Origin: a virus
Lineage: Duplodnaviria; Heunggongvirae; Uroviricota; Caudoviricetes
Virus record (IMG/VR): IMGVR_UViG_3300031133_000383
Location: 1-64,000 of that record
DNA: 64,000 nucleotides
Strand: one strand, 5' to 3'
Made by a program: the position numbers and the translations under genes. The notes beneath the pieces were generated by a model, which had not been told where the DNA came from, ran no database searches, and saw only the letters and a program-made list of their open reading frames with translations. Positions 42,169 to 51,864 of this stretch are shown here, piece after piece. Every line of letters begins with the position of its first letter. The first letter of the stretch is position 1.

Positions 42169-42226
42169 GTTGTAGTCACAGGCTTATTGCAATAAATTAT
42201 CGGGGAGTCCCGCAAAATTTCCTAAA
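42169..42226 (-). repeat. Dispersed ~58-bp intergenic element, copy 2
   Basis: Reverse complement matches 7218..7275 (core TTTTGCGGGAnTCnCCG). Confidence 0.7.
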
Positions 42227-42248
42227 AAATAACCCGCTATCAGCGGGT

Positions 42249-42716
42249 TTATTTTATTTCACTTAATTTTTTATACAATGATGGTATTAGAATAGCTAGC
42301 ATAAAAGTAAATACTATCAAGCTGGCATAGGGATCAACTATAAATGCATGTGGACAGGCTGTGGTATCATTGATAGCGTCATAACGTTGACAACCTGTTT
42401 CAATTTGAAGTAAACTTTCGATACCAATTAAGACAAAAGTAAGAGATGCATAAATGATTTGTTTTACCGTATTTGATGTAGATATCATAGCAATAATTGA
42501 TAATAATTTAAATACAAAAAAGCCATATACAATTAAATGAAATTGAGTCATCTTGTCATTTGCATTAATGCCAAGAATATGAACAATATTATTTTTAAAG
42601 AAATCTGCTATAAAAAAACCCGATAAATCTAATGCACTATATAGCGTTGTCATTAAAATAAATAATCCTACAAATAATCTAATATCACGAGTTGCTTTAT
42701 TTTGGGCTAAATGCAT
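42249..42716 (-). CDS. Membrane protein (4 TM)
   Basis: Four hydrophobic segments. Confidence 0.65.
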   Translation of the reverse strand: MHLAQNKATRDIRLFVGLFILMTTLYSALDLSGFFIADFFKNNIVHILGINANDKMTQFHLIVYGFFVFKLLSIIAMISTSNTVKQIIYASLTFVLIGIESLLQIETGCQRYDAINDTTACPHAFIVDPYASLIVFTFMLAILIPSLYKKLSEIK

Positions 42717-42817
42717 ACTAAATACCTTTGTTATCTCTATAACTTAATTTAATAATGTCACCCTGTCAAAAATTTATAAAAAAAAAGAATAACAGGTGTT
42801 ATTCTTTGTTGATATTG

Positions 42818-43396
42818 TCACATTATTTTAGAGGTTTCATCAAAAGGGAGCCTTGGTAATCGATTGTAAATTTTATCAGTTATTCCATAGCCCATGTTTA
42901 TTAAAAAATTTGATTGAACGGAAGTACCTTCAAAAAAAGCAGCATCAAGGCCAATATTATCAAATCCAGACATAGGTCCAACATCCAGCCCTAAAGCTCT
43001 TGCAGCTATCATTAAATATCCACCTGATAGCGTTCCATTTCTGAAAGCTGTTGTGTCTACCATTGTTGGATTCCCGTCAAATAAACCTCCTATATCAGCG
43101 ATAGGAAAGGTTTTGTTCAACAAGTGATGAAACTTATAATCTGTGGCAACAATTACTGTCACAGGAGCATTCATTGTTTTTTCAATATTTCCTTCCATTA
43201 GAAATGGTCTCAATTTTTCTTTAGAATTTTTTGATTTTAAAAATAAAAATCTAGCAGGTTGAGCATTAAAAGCAGTAGGAGCCATTTTTGTTAAATCATA
43301 AAGTTGATGAATTATGTCATCTGATACTTCTTTTTCTTGAAATTTACTCACTGTCCTGCTTTCCGTAAATAATTTGTTTAGTATATCTTTATTCAT
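42818..43396 (-). CDS. Nitroreductase, HadB/RutE family (malonic semialdehyde reductase-like)
   Basis: LFTESRT, APTAFNAQPARF, RNGTL..YLMIAARALGLDVGPMSGFD, SNFLINMGYG, RLPRLPF. Confidence 0.9.
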   Translation of the reverse strand: MNKDILNKLFTESRTVSKFQEKEVSDDIIHQLYDLTKMAPTAFNAQPARFLFLKSKNSKEKLRPFLMEGNIEKTMNAPVTVIVATDYKFHHLLNKTFPIADIGGLFDGNPTMVDTTAFRNGTLSGGYLMIAARALGLDVGPMSGFDNIGLDAAFFEGTSVQSNFLINMGYGITDKIYNRLPRLPFDETSKIM

Positions 43397-43406
43397 AAAG
43401 TTCTCC

Positions 43407-43853
43407 TTATTTATTTAAATGATTATTAATGATGTTGTCTACACTATATTTGCCACTACCAGCAATGAAAATAGCCAAAGAAACTACAAGCAAAATCAAT
43501 ATATATTCAAAGCCGTTATTTGACATAAAGAATCCATTAGCTAAATGAACGGTCAATAATGCCACGACAGACACAATACTGGTCAATATAGCTGCAGGAC
43601 GTGTCAGTAAACCCATCATTAATAATAGACCACCAAAAAATTCGCCTGAACCTGCCAACAATGCCAAAAGTCCACTAGGTTCTAATCCAATAGATGCAAA
43701 ATACCCTGCTGTACCTGTAAGGCCGCCTCCACCAAATAAACCGAATAATTTTTGTGAGCCATGCATTAAAAAAATGAGGCCGACAATTAAACGTAAAAAA
43801 GTTAATTCTATTCCAGATTTTGAACTTGTTGTTTTTATTAATAATTGTTTCAT
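43407..43853 (-). CDS. DoxX family membrane protein
   Basis: LRL..G..F..HGSQKLFG.FGGGG, EFFGG..GLLTR, NGFEY, GSGKYS.D. Confidence 0.9.
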   Translation of the reverse strand: MKQLLIKTTSSKSGIELTFLRLIVGLIFLMHGSQKLFGLFGGGGLTGTAGYFASIGLEPSGLLALLAGSGEFFGGLLLMMGLLTRPAAILTSIVSVVALLTVHLANGFFMSNNGFEYILILLVVSLAIFIAGSGKYSVDNIINNHLNK

Positions 43854-43952
43854 CTAACACTCCCTAATTTGTTAATTACACTATAACACTCTTGCAATCA
43901 AGAACAATTATGGTAAAGTGAAATTCATTTTTCCAAATATGAGGTCAATCAA

Positions 43953-44774
43953 ATGGATATTAATTCATTGGTTATTTTTTTTAAGGTAGCCGAAACAAGC
44001 AGTTTGACAAAAGCATCAAAAGTTTTAGAGATACCTGTTTCAACAGTAAGTCGTAAATTACAAAAACTAGAAGAAGATCTGGGCAATAAATTATTTCATA
44101 GAACTACACGCAAGATTTCATTAACACAAGAAGGTAATATTCTCTACAACAAAGCAAAGCCACATTTTGTCGAATTAGAGATGGTGGGTAACGAATTGGC
44201 TGGAAATGATATAATGTTGAAAGGAGAAATTAGAGTTACAGCCCCTATCGAAAAAAGAGAATTCTTAGCAGAACGCATTTCTTCTTTCAGACAGCTTTTT
44301 CCAAACATTAGTATACATCTAAATTTTTCGAATGATTTTCATGATTTAGTAGAAAACAGTTTCGACTTTGCTTTTAGAGCGGGTAACTTGCCTGATAGTG
44401 GCATGTTTTATCACAAGATAGGCAATGAGCATTTATGTGCTTACATTCATAAAAGATTCATGCCTCACAGTATCACATTGGAATCACTAAATGAGTTTGA
44501 CTATTTTGTCATGGAGAAAAATACTTTTTTAGAAACCAGTGATGGTGTTGTTTTCAGACCTGAAAACAAGGTTACTTCTAATTCTATAGAGTTTATTTTA
44601 GATCTTGCAAAAAAAATTCCAAGTATCATATATGTTCCTGCTGGTATGGTGACAGATGATTACATTAAAATTAATGTATTCAAAGAAAAGACAGCAAGTT
44701 TTCAAATTGTATATTTGAGTAAACAACAAAATAAAATATGTCAATCATTTCTTGATTTTTTCAAAAATAATTAA
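43953..44774 (+). CDS. LysR-type transcriptional regulator (divergent from doxX-nitroreductase)
   Basis: HTH SSLTKAS..STVSRK..LEEDLG..LFHRTTRK; DLVE..FDFAFR. Confidence 0.9.
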   Translation: MDINSLVIFFKVAETSSLTKASKVLEIPVSTVSRKLQKLEEDLGNKLFHRTTRKISLTQEGNILYNKAKPHFVELEMVGNELAGNDIMLKGEIRVTAPIEKREFLAERISSFRQLFPNISIHLNFSNDFHDLVENSFDFAFRAGNLPDSGMFYHKIGNEHLCAYIHKRFMPHSITLESLNEFDYFVMEKNTFLETSDGVVFRPENKVTSNSIEFILDLAKKIPSIIYVPAGMVTDDYIKINVFKEKTASFQIVYLSKQQNKICQSFLDFFKNN

Positions 44775-44907
44775 TTTTTGACTTATATTTTTAAATTTGG
44801 AGACACGGCTCTTTCATTATGGTGTATAATAACAAAAAAACCAAGATCCTGTCAAGCTATACACACTGTTTTAATTTATATTATAATACTTTAATTTTTA
44901 GGAGAAT

Positions 44908-44931
44908 AAAAAAACCCTCATTGCGAGGGTT
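44908..44931 (-). terminator. Intrinsic terminator of the 48-aa ORF transcript
   Basis: Minus strand AACCCTC-gcaat-GAGGG followed by T7. Confidence 0.75.
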
Positions 44932-45004
44932 GTTGTATTTCGGGATTTGGGATTTAATAGTGTGTTGCGAGGAAATTGGTTTAGGATGGGGATTTCCTAA
45001 TCAA

Positions 45005-45151
45005 TCAGTCAAACATATTCAAATCGTCTTCTGTAATAAGTTGTGCAATTCTATCTTCAATATCTGCAAGAAAATCACCTTCCATATTACTATTTTTTAA
45101 AGCGACTTCTATTTCATTTTGCTTGTAGTTTGATGCTGTTAGTAGTGCCAT
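45005..45151 (-). CDS. Unannotated 48-aa acidic small protein
   Basis: Hand-translated MALLTASNYKQNEIEVALKNSNMEGDFLADIEDRIAQLITEDDLNMFD; AAGGAG SD; terminator downstream. Confidence 0.7.
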   Translation of the reverse strand: MALLTASNYKQNEIEVALKNSNMEGDFLADIEDRIAQLITEDDLNMFD

Positions 45152-45667
45152 GTTGAATGTACTCCTTTTTACTTAGGTTTGTATTACAGTTTTCAAAATA
45201 GGAGAAAATGTGATCAATTCATTGGGGAAATGAAACACCTGATCAAGCTTGACGAGATTGCAAAAAGTAGGGATTTGGGGAAATTTCTACTCTCATCTTT
45301 TTCGTCATTTTTTGCATTTATTCTCTTAATTTGGTAGACAAATTTTACCACTGAAACCCTCATAAATCAAGCCTTTTAGGGCTTTTTGGTGCTTTTTTTT
45401 CAATGTTTATTTAGTGTTATAATGCTATAATTAACGCCTTGTTTTTAATCATTTTTTGCTTATTTTTAGGTGTCATTTTTTTGTTTAATATTAAAATATT
45501 AGGGTTTTTTTAGACATGTAGTGTTTTTAGATTTTGATAATATTAATCGTTTTTTTTAGAAAAATTTACGATATTTTGTGGATGTGGTGAGCGTAATTAT
45601 GTCATGTCAACAGTGTGAATAATGTCAAAACAATCAAGCCTTGACATTTTCAGCAATGTTTTTTATG

Positions 45668-46183
45668 TCAAAAGACCAAATGATTATCGCGAATGTAATC
45701 AATTACTTCTGGTCTGGTCAATCCATCAATGGTTTCACCTATTTTAAGTTGTTGACGAATGAAAGTGCTTCTAACTGTTCCCAAATCTGGAATGATGTAT
45801 TTTCCGAATTCTTCGTCAATCAATTTATAATTGTAGAATCGTTTCCAATTTTCTATACTTGCATTGTCTTCACCACAAACAAACACATAATCATGGTTGG
45901 GGTTATTTTCTTTTAATGTTTTAAGCAGTAAATAAGTCCTGCTAACTTCATTTTTGAAAATCTCTTGCTCAATATCAGAAACCTCAATATTTTTGTCCAA
46001 ATGACTGACCAGCAGTTTGGCCATGTTCAATCTATCTTTGAAATTAATCATCTTTTTTCCAAAGTTGTGAGAAAAGCATGGGACTACTAAAACTTTGTCG
46101 AAATTTTCCACCAAATGTTCTATTATTTTTAGATGGCTATTGGTGGGTGGGTTGAAGGCAGATCCAAAAACGGCTATTTTCAT
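45668..46183 (-). CDS. nadD: Nicotinate-nucleotide adenylyltransferase (NadD-like)
   Basis: IAVFGSAFNPPTNSH (HxGH-like), FVCGEDN, VRSTFIR; ATG at 46183 after GAGG. Confidence 0.8.
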   Translation of the reverse strand: MKIAVFGSAFNPPTNSHLKIIEHLVENFDKVLVVPCFSHNFGKKMINFKDRLNMAKLLVSHLDKNIEVSDIEQEIFKNEVSRTYLLLKTLKENNPNHDYVFVCGEDNASIENWKRFYNYKLIDEEFGKYIIPDLGTVRSTFIRQQLKIGETIDGLTRPEVIDYIRDNHLVF

Positions 46184-46349
46184 TTTTACACCTCTCTTTT
46201 TATCTAATTTTATCTTAGTTGATTTATGCAACTATGTCAATAGCCCGTTATTTATGTCTCTGATATTATCAATTAAATTATCCTATTGGTAAATTTGACA
46301 TAATCCACTCAAATGCTAACATGTCTTGAATATAAATTGGGAGAGATAC

Positions 46350-47078
46350 ATGTTAAAAAAATTAAAAGTAATACCTTTGTTATTGTGTATAGTGAGTGGG
46401 CATTCTATGGCCCAAACCAATATAGACTACGATTATGTGAATAAGACTTTGGATAAAGATAAAATATCCAATGAATCACGGGAAAATATTAAAAATATAA
46501 TTGATCAAAAAAACATTAAAGATAGAGAGGTGATATTTAATCCTGCAATCGCTTCTGTTAAAAATGTTGATTTGGAAATTCAAGAATATATTATTCAAAA
46601 CCCATCTAAGAACCTTAAAGAATTTGATGAATCAATAACTAAAGCAAAGGATTCAAAAGAAATTGAAACTTTGTTGAGCACTATAGGCAATTTAAGTGAA
46701 CATACTATCTATAACTTTGATAATGTGAGTTTAGAAAGACCTATTCATTTTAGAAATGAACAAAATCATAAAAGCATTAATAAAGAATCAAATAATAATA
46801 AATATGGCAAAGTATTCAGTGCTTATAACTTTAATATCAGGATATATGATCAAGTTACTGATTATTTTGTCATGGTGAACGGCAATACTAATAATAGTTA
46901 TGTATCAGATGATTTTAAAGGATCTGTAAAAAATGATGATAAAAACGGCAGTGGATTCAACAATTTTGAACATTCATTAAGTGTAATAGGTGGTCAATAT
47001 ATAGTGATGTCCGCTGTACAATCAAAAGTTCAATCAAATATAAATGAAATGCGATTAATTCTGATTAAGATTGATTGA
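46350..47078 (+). CDS. Secreted hypothetical protein
   Basis: Signal peptide ending SMA; GGAG SD. Confidence 0.65.
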   Translation: MLKKLKVIPLLLCIVSGHSMAQTNIDYDYVNKTLDKDKISNESRENIKNIIDQKNIKDREVIFNPAIASVKNVDLEIQEYIIQNPSKNLKEFDESITKAKDSKEIETLLSTIGNLSEHTIYNFDNVSLERPIHFRNEQNHKSINKESNNNKYGKVFSAYNFNIRIYDQVTDYFVMVNGNTNNSYVSDDFKGSVKNDDKNGSGFNNFEHSLSVIGGQYIVMSAVQSKVQSNINEMRLILIKID

Positions 47079-47159
47079 TTTAAATTAACACCCTATCAAG
47101 GGTTTTTTTATTAAATTTAAAAGTATTATAATACTTTATTCAGTTTATAAAAATAATCG

Positions 47160-47188
47160 TTGACAAGTTAGTTCGTTTTTGCTACTAT
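47160..47188 (+). promoter_or_regulatory. sigma70 promoter of pncB
   Basis: TTGACA-17 nt-TACTAT with TGn. Confidence 0.7.
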
Positions 47189-47233
47189 GTACACAAGAAA
47201 TCAAAATAAATCTCAAAAATTGGAGAAACTATC

Positions 47234-48463
47234 ATGAACGAACAAATTATTACCTCATTGCTTGATACCGATCTTTATAAATTAACCATGATGCAGGTGG
47301 CTTTTCATAAATTTCCCAGTGCTGTTGTTGAACATGAATTTCATTGTCGAAATAAGAATGTGGATTTAAGTGTCATTGCACAAGAAGTTCGGGAACAAGT
47401 TGATGCATTGTGCGAACTTTCTTTTACTAAAACCGAATTGGATTACCTTCGTCGTCGCATGCACTTTTTGAAAAGAGACTTTATTGACTTCCTTGGTATC
47501 TTTCGCTTTGATCCCAATCAAATTACTGTACGGGCTAAAGAAGGTGGTTTGGAAATTAAAACCTTTGGTCCTTGGTGGCAAACAATTCTGTATGAGATTT
47601 ATGTATTGGCTATTGTGAATGAAGTGTATTTCCGTCATCAGACCAAAGATATGACTGAGCGTCAACGCTATGATATGTTTGAAGAAGGTCATCGTCGTCT
47701 TGAAGAAAAAATCGCATTGGTCAAAAATGTTGATGGGTTTATTTTTACAGATTTTGGTACTCGTCGCCGGTTTAGTAAGGAATGGCAGTTGGAAGTATTA
47801 AATCATTGCAAACACACTATTCCAGAAAAATTGTTTGGTACTAGTAATCTATATTTGGCTCGCGAATTGGATATCACTCCCATTGGCACGATGGCTCATG
47901 AGTATCTGCAAGCATTTCAAGCTTTTGAAAACCGTTTGGTTGATAGTCAGAAAGCTGCATTGGAAGCTTGGGTTCAAGAATACCGTGGCGATTTGGGTGT
48001 GGCATTGACTGATGTAATTGGTGTGGATTATTTTCTAAAAGATTTCGATCTTTACTTTGCTAAATTATTTGATGGTGTACGACATGACTCTGGTGATCCC
48101 ATCGAATGGGGTGAAAAATTTATTGCACACTATGAGAAGTTGAAAATTGATCCACGTAACAAACTATTGGTTTTCAGTGATGGTCTCAATTTTCCTAAAG
48201 CCGTTAATATTTTCAATCACTTCAAAGGGCGTATTAATACCAGTTTTGGTATCGGAACTAACTTGACTAACGACCTTGGACTTGAGCCTTTGAATATCGT
48301 AATGAAAATGATTAATTGCAATGGTAAACCCGTCGCTAAAATTTCTGACAGTCCGGGTAAAGGCATGTGTCATGATGATGATTATGTGACTTACTTGAAA
48401 AAAGTGTTTGATGAGAAACCTGCACTGTTTAATAATCCGAGAAATGATTATTTTATGTCATAA
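47234..48463 (+). CDS. pncB: Nicotinate phosphoribosyltransferase
   Basis: SLLDTDLYK, DFGTRRRFS, GTSN, GTMAHE, RHDSGDP, FSDGL, FGIGT, AKISDSPGK. Confidence 0.95.
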   Translation: MNEQIITSLLDTDLYKLTMMQVAFHKFPSAVVEHEFHCRNKNVDLSVIAQEVREQVDALCELSFTKTELDYLRRRMHFLKRDFIDFLGIFRFDPNQITVRAKEGGLEIKTFGPWWQTILYEIYVLAIVNEVYFRHQTKDMTERQRYDMFEEGHRRLEEKIALVKNVDGFIFTDFGTRRRFSKEWQLEVLNHCKHTIPEKLFGTSNLYLARELDITPIGTMAHEYLQAFQAFENRLVDSQKAALEAWVQEYRGDLGVALTDVIGVDYFLKDFDLYFAKLFDGVRHDSGDPIEWGEKFIAHYEKLKIDPRNKLLVFSDGLNFPKAVNIFNHFKGRINTSFGIGTNLTNDLGLEPLNIVMKMINCNGKPVAKISDSPGKGMCHDDDYVTYLKKVFDEKPALFNNPRNDYFMS

Positions 48464-48470
48464 AAATAAA

Positions 48471-48500
48471 AAGAGGCTTGATTTTCAAGCCTTTTTCTTT
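48471..48500 (+). terminator. Intrinsic terminator of pncB
   Basis: AGGCTTGA-ttt-TCAAGCCT followed by Ts. Confidence 0.8.
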
Positions 48501-48547
48501 TATTTTATTTAATTATATGATACAATTACCACTCTATCGGAGTATAT

Positions 48548-49231
48548 ATGAACGATTATAATGACGATCTTATTGAAAAAATTTATGAGTTGACAATGTG
48601 TAATTCTCTTGTCACATTTCATCAAGATTTCAGTTATGATAAGCAAAATAATTTTAAAAATGCACAAGAGTTTACTTTTGATAAAAGTCTTCTTCAGTTT
48701 TCTTATAAAGATATGATTGATTGCTATGCTTTAAAGGACACTGTGCATAAAATGGATCAAGGCGAGAATGATTTGAGTTTTGATCAATTTGAAACAAGTT
48801 GGCAGCCAGAAGGCGATTTGAAAACTCGTTTTGATCTTGCTTATGTTGAAATCAATAAACTTCGAACTGGTCTTCACAATGTCATTACTGCACTAGGAGA
48901 AAAACCATCTGAGTTTATTTCCATTCGCCATTCCGTGTATTTTGATATGAATAATAAGCTATATCAAAATGAGATCAAAGTAGATTTATGTTATCGTAAT
49001 AAGTGTATCAACAGCAGTTTTATGATTTACGTCAGTGATTTTAATAATTATTTACGTATAACAATAAACTGTGGTCAGCATTGCAAGTCTATCAATGTTC
49101 AGAAAATAAATCCATTTTCCTTATCTTTTATGATATTTGATGAAAAAGAAGATTTATTTAATCTAGAAGATATTTATGATATTGATCAAGTTGTGGATCT
49201 TTTCAAAGTAAATCACATGTCAATCTATTAG
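48548..49231 (+). CDS. Hypothetical protein with C-terminal tag A
   Basis: Ends LFKVNHMSIY. Confidence 0.7.
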   Translation: MNDYNDDLIEKIYELTMCNSLVTFHQDFSYDKQNNFKNAQEFTFDKSLLQFSYKDMIDCYALKDTVHKMDQGENDLSFDQFETSWQPEGDLKTRFDLAYVEINKLRTGLHNVITALGEKPSEFISIRHSVYFDMNNKLYQNEIKVDLCYRNKCINSSFMIYVSDFNNYLRITINCGQHCKSINVQKINPFSLSFMIFDEKEDLFNLEDIYDIDQVVDLFKVNHMSIY

Positions 49232-49239
49232 GTGACTCT

Positions 49240-49884
49240 ATGAAAATTAATGAAATATTAATAAATAACCCTCATATTAAATTTAAACATCTCGATGAAA
49301 CCAATATGGAGGATGGGGTGATGTTCTTTCAAGAGCATGCTATCTGTAGTAGGGCAAACGATGATAGCTATGTTTTGATCCTGAGTAATGGTTTTAATTC
49401 AGAGACATCTCCACACGATTATAACGATTTTATTAATCAGTATATACCTAACTGTCAATTTATTGAAGAAAGGATCTCTAATAGCCTCAGATACTTCTAC
49501 AATAACATTATTGTAGCCACTGGTGAATTATTCAAAGTCCATTCTTTAAAATTTTCCAATATGTGCAAAGCGAGTATCAGGTTATTTTTTGATATACACA
49601 CACAGGAATTAAAAGAAATCAAAATATTTATGTTTCTGCATATTGAGCACAATGAAAAACATATCTATTTAAATATTTCAACAAACATAGATAAAGATTA
49701 CAATGTTTCATTTTCTGTCATGAAAAATGGAATATCCTATAATAATATGGAAAGGGTCAACCAACAATTCTTGAATATTATTTGTATGGAAAAATTTGAA
49801 AATGTGATCAATGATCTTTATTTTGATTATAGTTTTGAAGATGTTTTAAGATTGAGGCAATTATTGATTATCAATAAATATTGA
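49240..49884 (+). CDS. Hypothetical protein with C-terminal tag A (Ile variant)
   Basis: Ends LRQLLIINKY. Confidence 0.65.
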   Translation: MKINEILINNPHIKFKHLDETNMEDGVMFFQEHAICSRANDDSYVLILSNGFNSETSPHDYNDFINQYIPNCQFIEERISNSLRYFYNNIIVATGELFKVHSLKFSNMCKASIRLFFDIHTQELKEIKIFMFLHIEHNEKHIYLNISTNIDKDYNVSFSVMKNGISYNNMERVNQQFLNIICMEKFENVINDLYFDYSFEDVLRLRQLLIINKY

Positions 49885-49899
49885 AAGAAGCAATAAAAT

Positions 49900-50592
49900 A
49901 TGAACCTATTAATGGAACATATGATCGAACCATTCATAGGGGGAGTTCATAAAATGAACTTGAGTGCCATAGAAAAAAAGTACACAAATGTAATTAAGCA
50001 TTCCATTTTTCTGAAAATGAGTGCAAAGCCAAGCTTTATCTTGTCCGATAGTTTTAGGTTTCATCTATGTCCATTTCAGGATAAAATAACATTGATATTT
50101 GTGGTATCAGTCAATGAGGGATCATTTTCTAGGATACTCCAAAAACATGGTTATTTTCTAAAAAAAGAACTAAACGATTTAGTAGACAATCATTTAAATA
50201 AATGTCATCAGGTGATCCACTTATTAAAATCTGTCGTGAAAAAGATATTTGTTTTTCAAATAGAGTTGTTGTTGACTTTCAATACCAAGAACGAATTAGA
50301 ATCTTGTACTTTAAATATTATTATCGATATGGATGATATTGTTCAAATGTATGAAATTAAAGTCAACATTGATGATTTGAATCAATGCCAGTATTTTTAT
50401 CGTTCTATTGATTCAAATAAAAACTTCTGCCAGAATACAATAAATCCAACTGATCTTGGGAATCATTTTATTATTGAGTTCATAAGACAAAAACTCAGGG
50501 TGCTTAAATTAGATAACGATATAGATCTTGAATCCATTTCAATCAAACAGATTAATGAATATTTGAATTTGATTTCAATGCACAGTGTGTAA
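49900..50592 (+). CDS. Hypothetical protein with C-terminal tag A
   Basis: Ends YLNLISMHSV. Confidence 0.7.
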   Translation: MNLLMEHMIEPFIGGVHKMNLSAIEKKYTNVIKHSIFLKMSAKPSFILSDSFRFHLCPFQDKITLIFVVSVNEGSFSRILQKHGYFLKKELNDLVDNHLNKCHQVIHLLKSVVKKIFVFQIELLLTFNTKNELESCTLNIIIDMDDIVQMYEIKVNIDDLNQCQYFYRSIDSNKNFCQNTINPTDLGNHFIIEFIRQKLRVLKLDNDIDLESISIKQINEYLNLISMHSV

Positions 50593-50639
50593 CTTCATAG
50601 TGTTGAAAAAGTTTTTCAGCAGTTTATTTCGATCATGCA

Positions 50640-50945
50640 TTATCTTAAAGTTTCCAATATCTGTTTCATTGTGTTAACTTCACTGCTTATAGTAATTAAT
50701 TCTGTTTCGCTTACTGTTTTTATATCATCTCTGACTTCATTTATATTAGGGTTGATAACTTTTAGTGCTTTTAACGTACTCATTTTTAATTGATAGTATT
50801 TGCTAAGTTTCGAAATTGTAAATTCAAAAATAATTTTAACATTATCAAAGTCATTGTCTGTTAGTTGACAAACTTCTTTTAATTCCTTGATAAATTGTTC
50901 ACCATACCGAACCTCTATTAACATTAATAATCTTTGATATTCCAT
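50640..50945 (-). CDS. Small hypothetical protein
   Basis: AAGGAG SD; 101 aa. Confidence 0.65.
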   Translation of the reverse strand: MEYQRLLMLIEVRYGEQFIKELKEVCQLTDNDFDNVKIIFEFTISKLSKYYQLKMSTLKALKVINPNINEVRDDIKTVSETELITISSEVNTMKQILETLR

Positions 50946-51300
50946 TTCTTACTCCTTTTTTTAATAATAACATTATATTTTATTTATATCTATGATTTTA
51001 TAATATTACTTCTATTTTTCAACTATTTGATGTTATCACTTTTTTTTGGATTTATTTCGAATGTGTATGTATGATGTAAAAAACATCCTTTATTCTTATG
51101 TCAAAAAAATCAATATTCATCCATTCTAAAAAATCTGATGATCTTTAATTTCTTGTTAAAACAATAATAAGCCAGATTATAACTTTAAGATTACATCGAA
51201 CCCTTAAGATAATAATTATATAGTTATTATCTATAATTATTTGAAAAAAATTTTCCTTTTATGCAAAAAAATGATATGATAACTCAACTTTGGAGACTAT

Positions 51301-51864
51301 ATGTTAACATTACTTGCTCATACCCATTTTACATCAGACATCCTTTTCAGATGCAGAGAAAAAGTTCAACTTCGTGGCTATTCATCTGTCGAAGAAATGG
51401 AAAGTTCAATTGTGAAACATTGGAATTCTAAGATTTTACCCACTGACCACATTTATTATCTTGGTAACTTTTCGTCTATTGTAAAAGGTTCTGCTCAGTC
51501 CTATTGCAATTTAATTTATGAATTGAATGGTTTCAAGCATTTTATCATGGGACCACACGACAATGTGGATGTTTTCGAAAATCTAAAAAAGGATGACAAT
51601 TTAAACATTGTTGAAGTAACTGCCTATAAAGAATTAATGATTTTAAAACAACGTGTTGTTCTTATGCATTATCCTATTCAAGAGTGGAATGGAAAGAAGG
51701 GGCTTCGGCCAGCAATCCATTTACATGGAGGTCCCAGCATTGATCAACCAGATTCAAACAGAATGAATATATCATTTGACTCACAACAGACAATCTATTC
51801 AGCAAAAAATATTCTTGATAGATTTAAAGCTCAACAATGTTCTCTTGGAAAGGAAACACTATGA
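51301..51864 (+). CDS. Metallophosphoesterase homologue with substituted metal ligands
   Basis: AHTHF (for SDxHF), YLGNF (for GDF), GPHD (for GNHD), MHYP, HLHGG (for HGH). Confidence 0.7.
   Translation: MLTLLAHTHFTSDILFRCREKVQLRGYSSVEEMESSIVKHWNSKILPTDHIYYLGNFSSIVKGSAQSYCNLIYELNGFKHFIMGPHDNVDVFENLKKDDNLNIVEVTAYKELMILKQRVVLMHYPIQEWNGKKGLRPAIHLHGGPSIDQPDSNRMNISFDSQQTIYSAKNILDRFKAQQCSLGKETL

Noticed and set aside
45005-45151. Type I toxin-antitoxin locus
   Set aside because: The peptide is acidic and hydrophilic with no membrane helix, unlike typical type I toxins.
47234-48463. Calling the NAD genes NARP1 or NARP2
   Set aside because: Motifs match PncB (DFGTRRR, GTMAHE) rather than Nampt/Namat, no Adps-like gene is present, and nadE implies the deamidated route.
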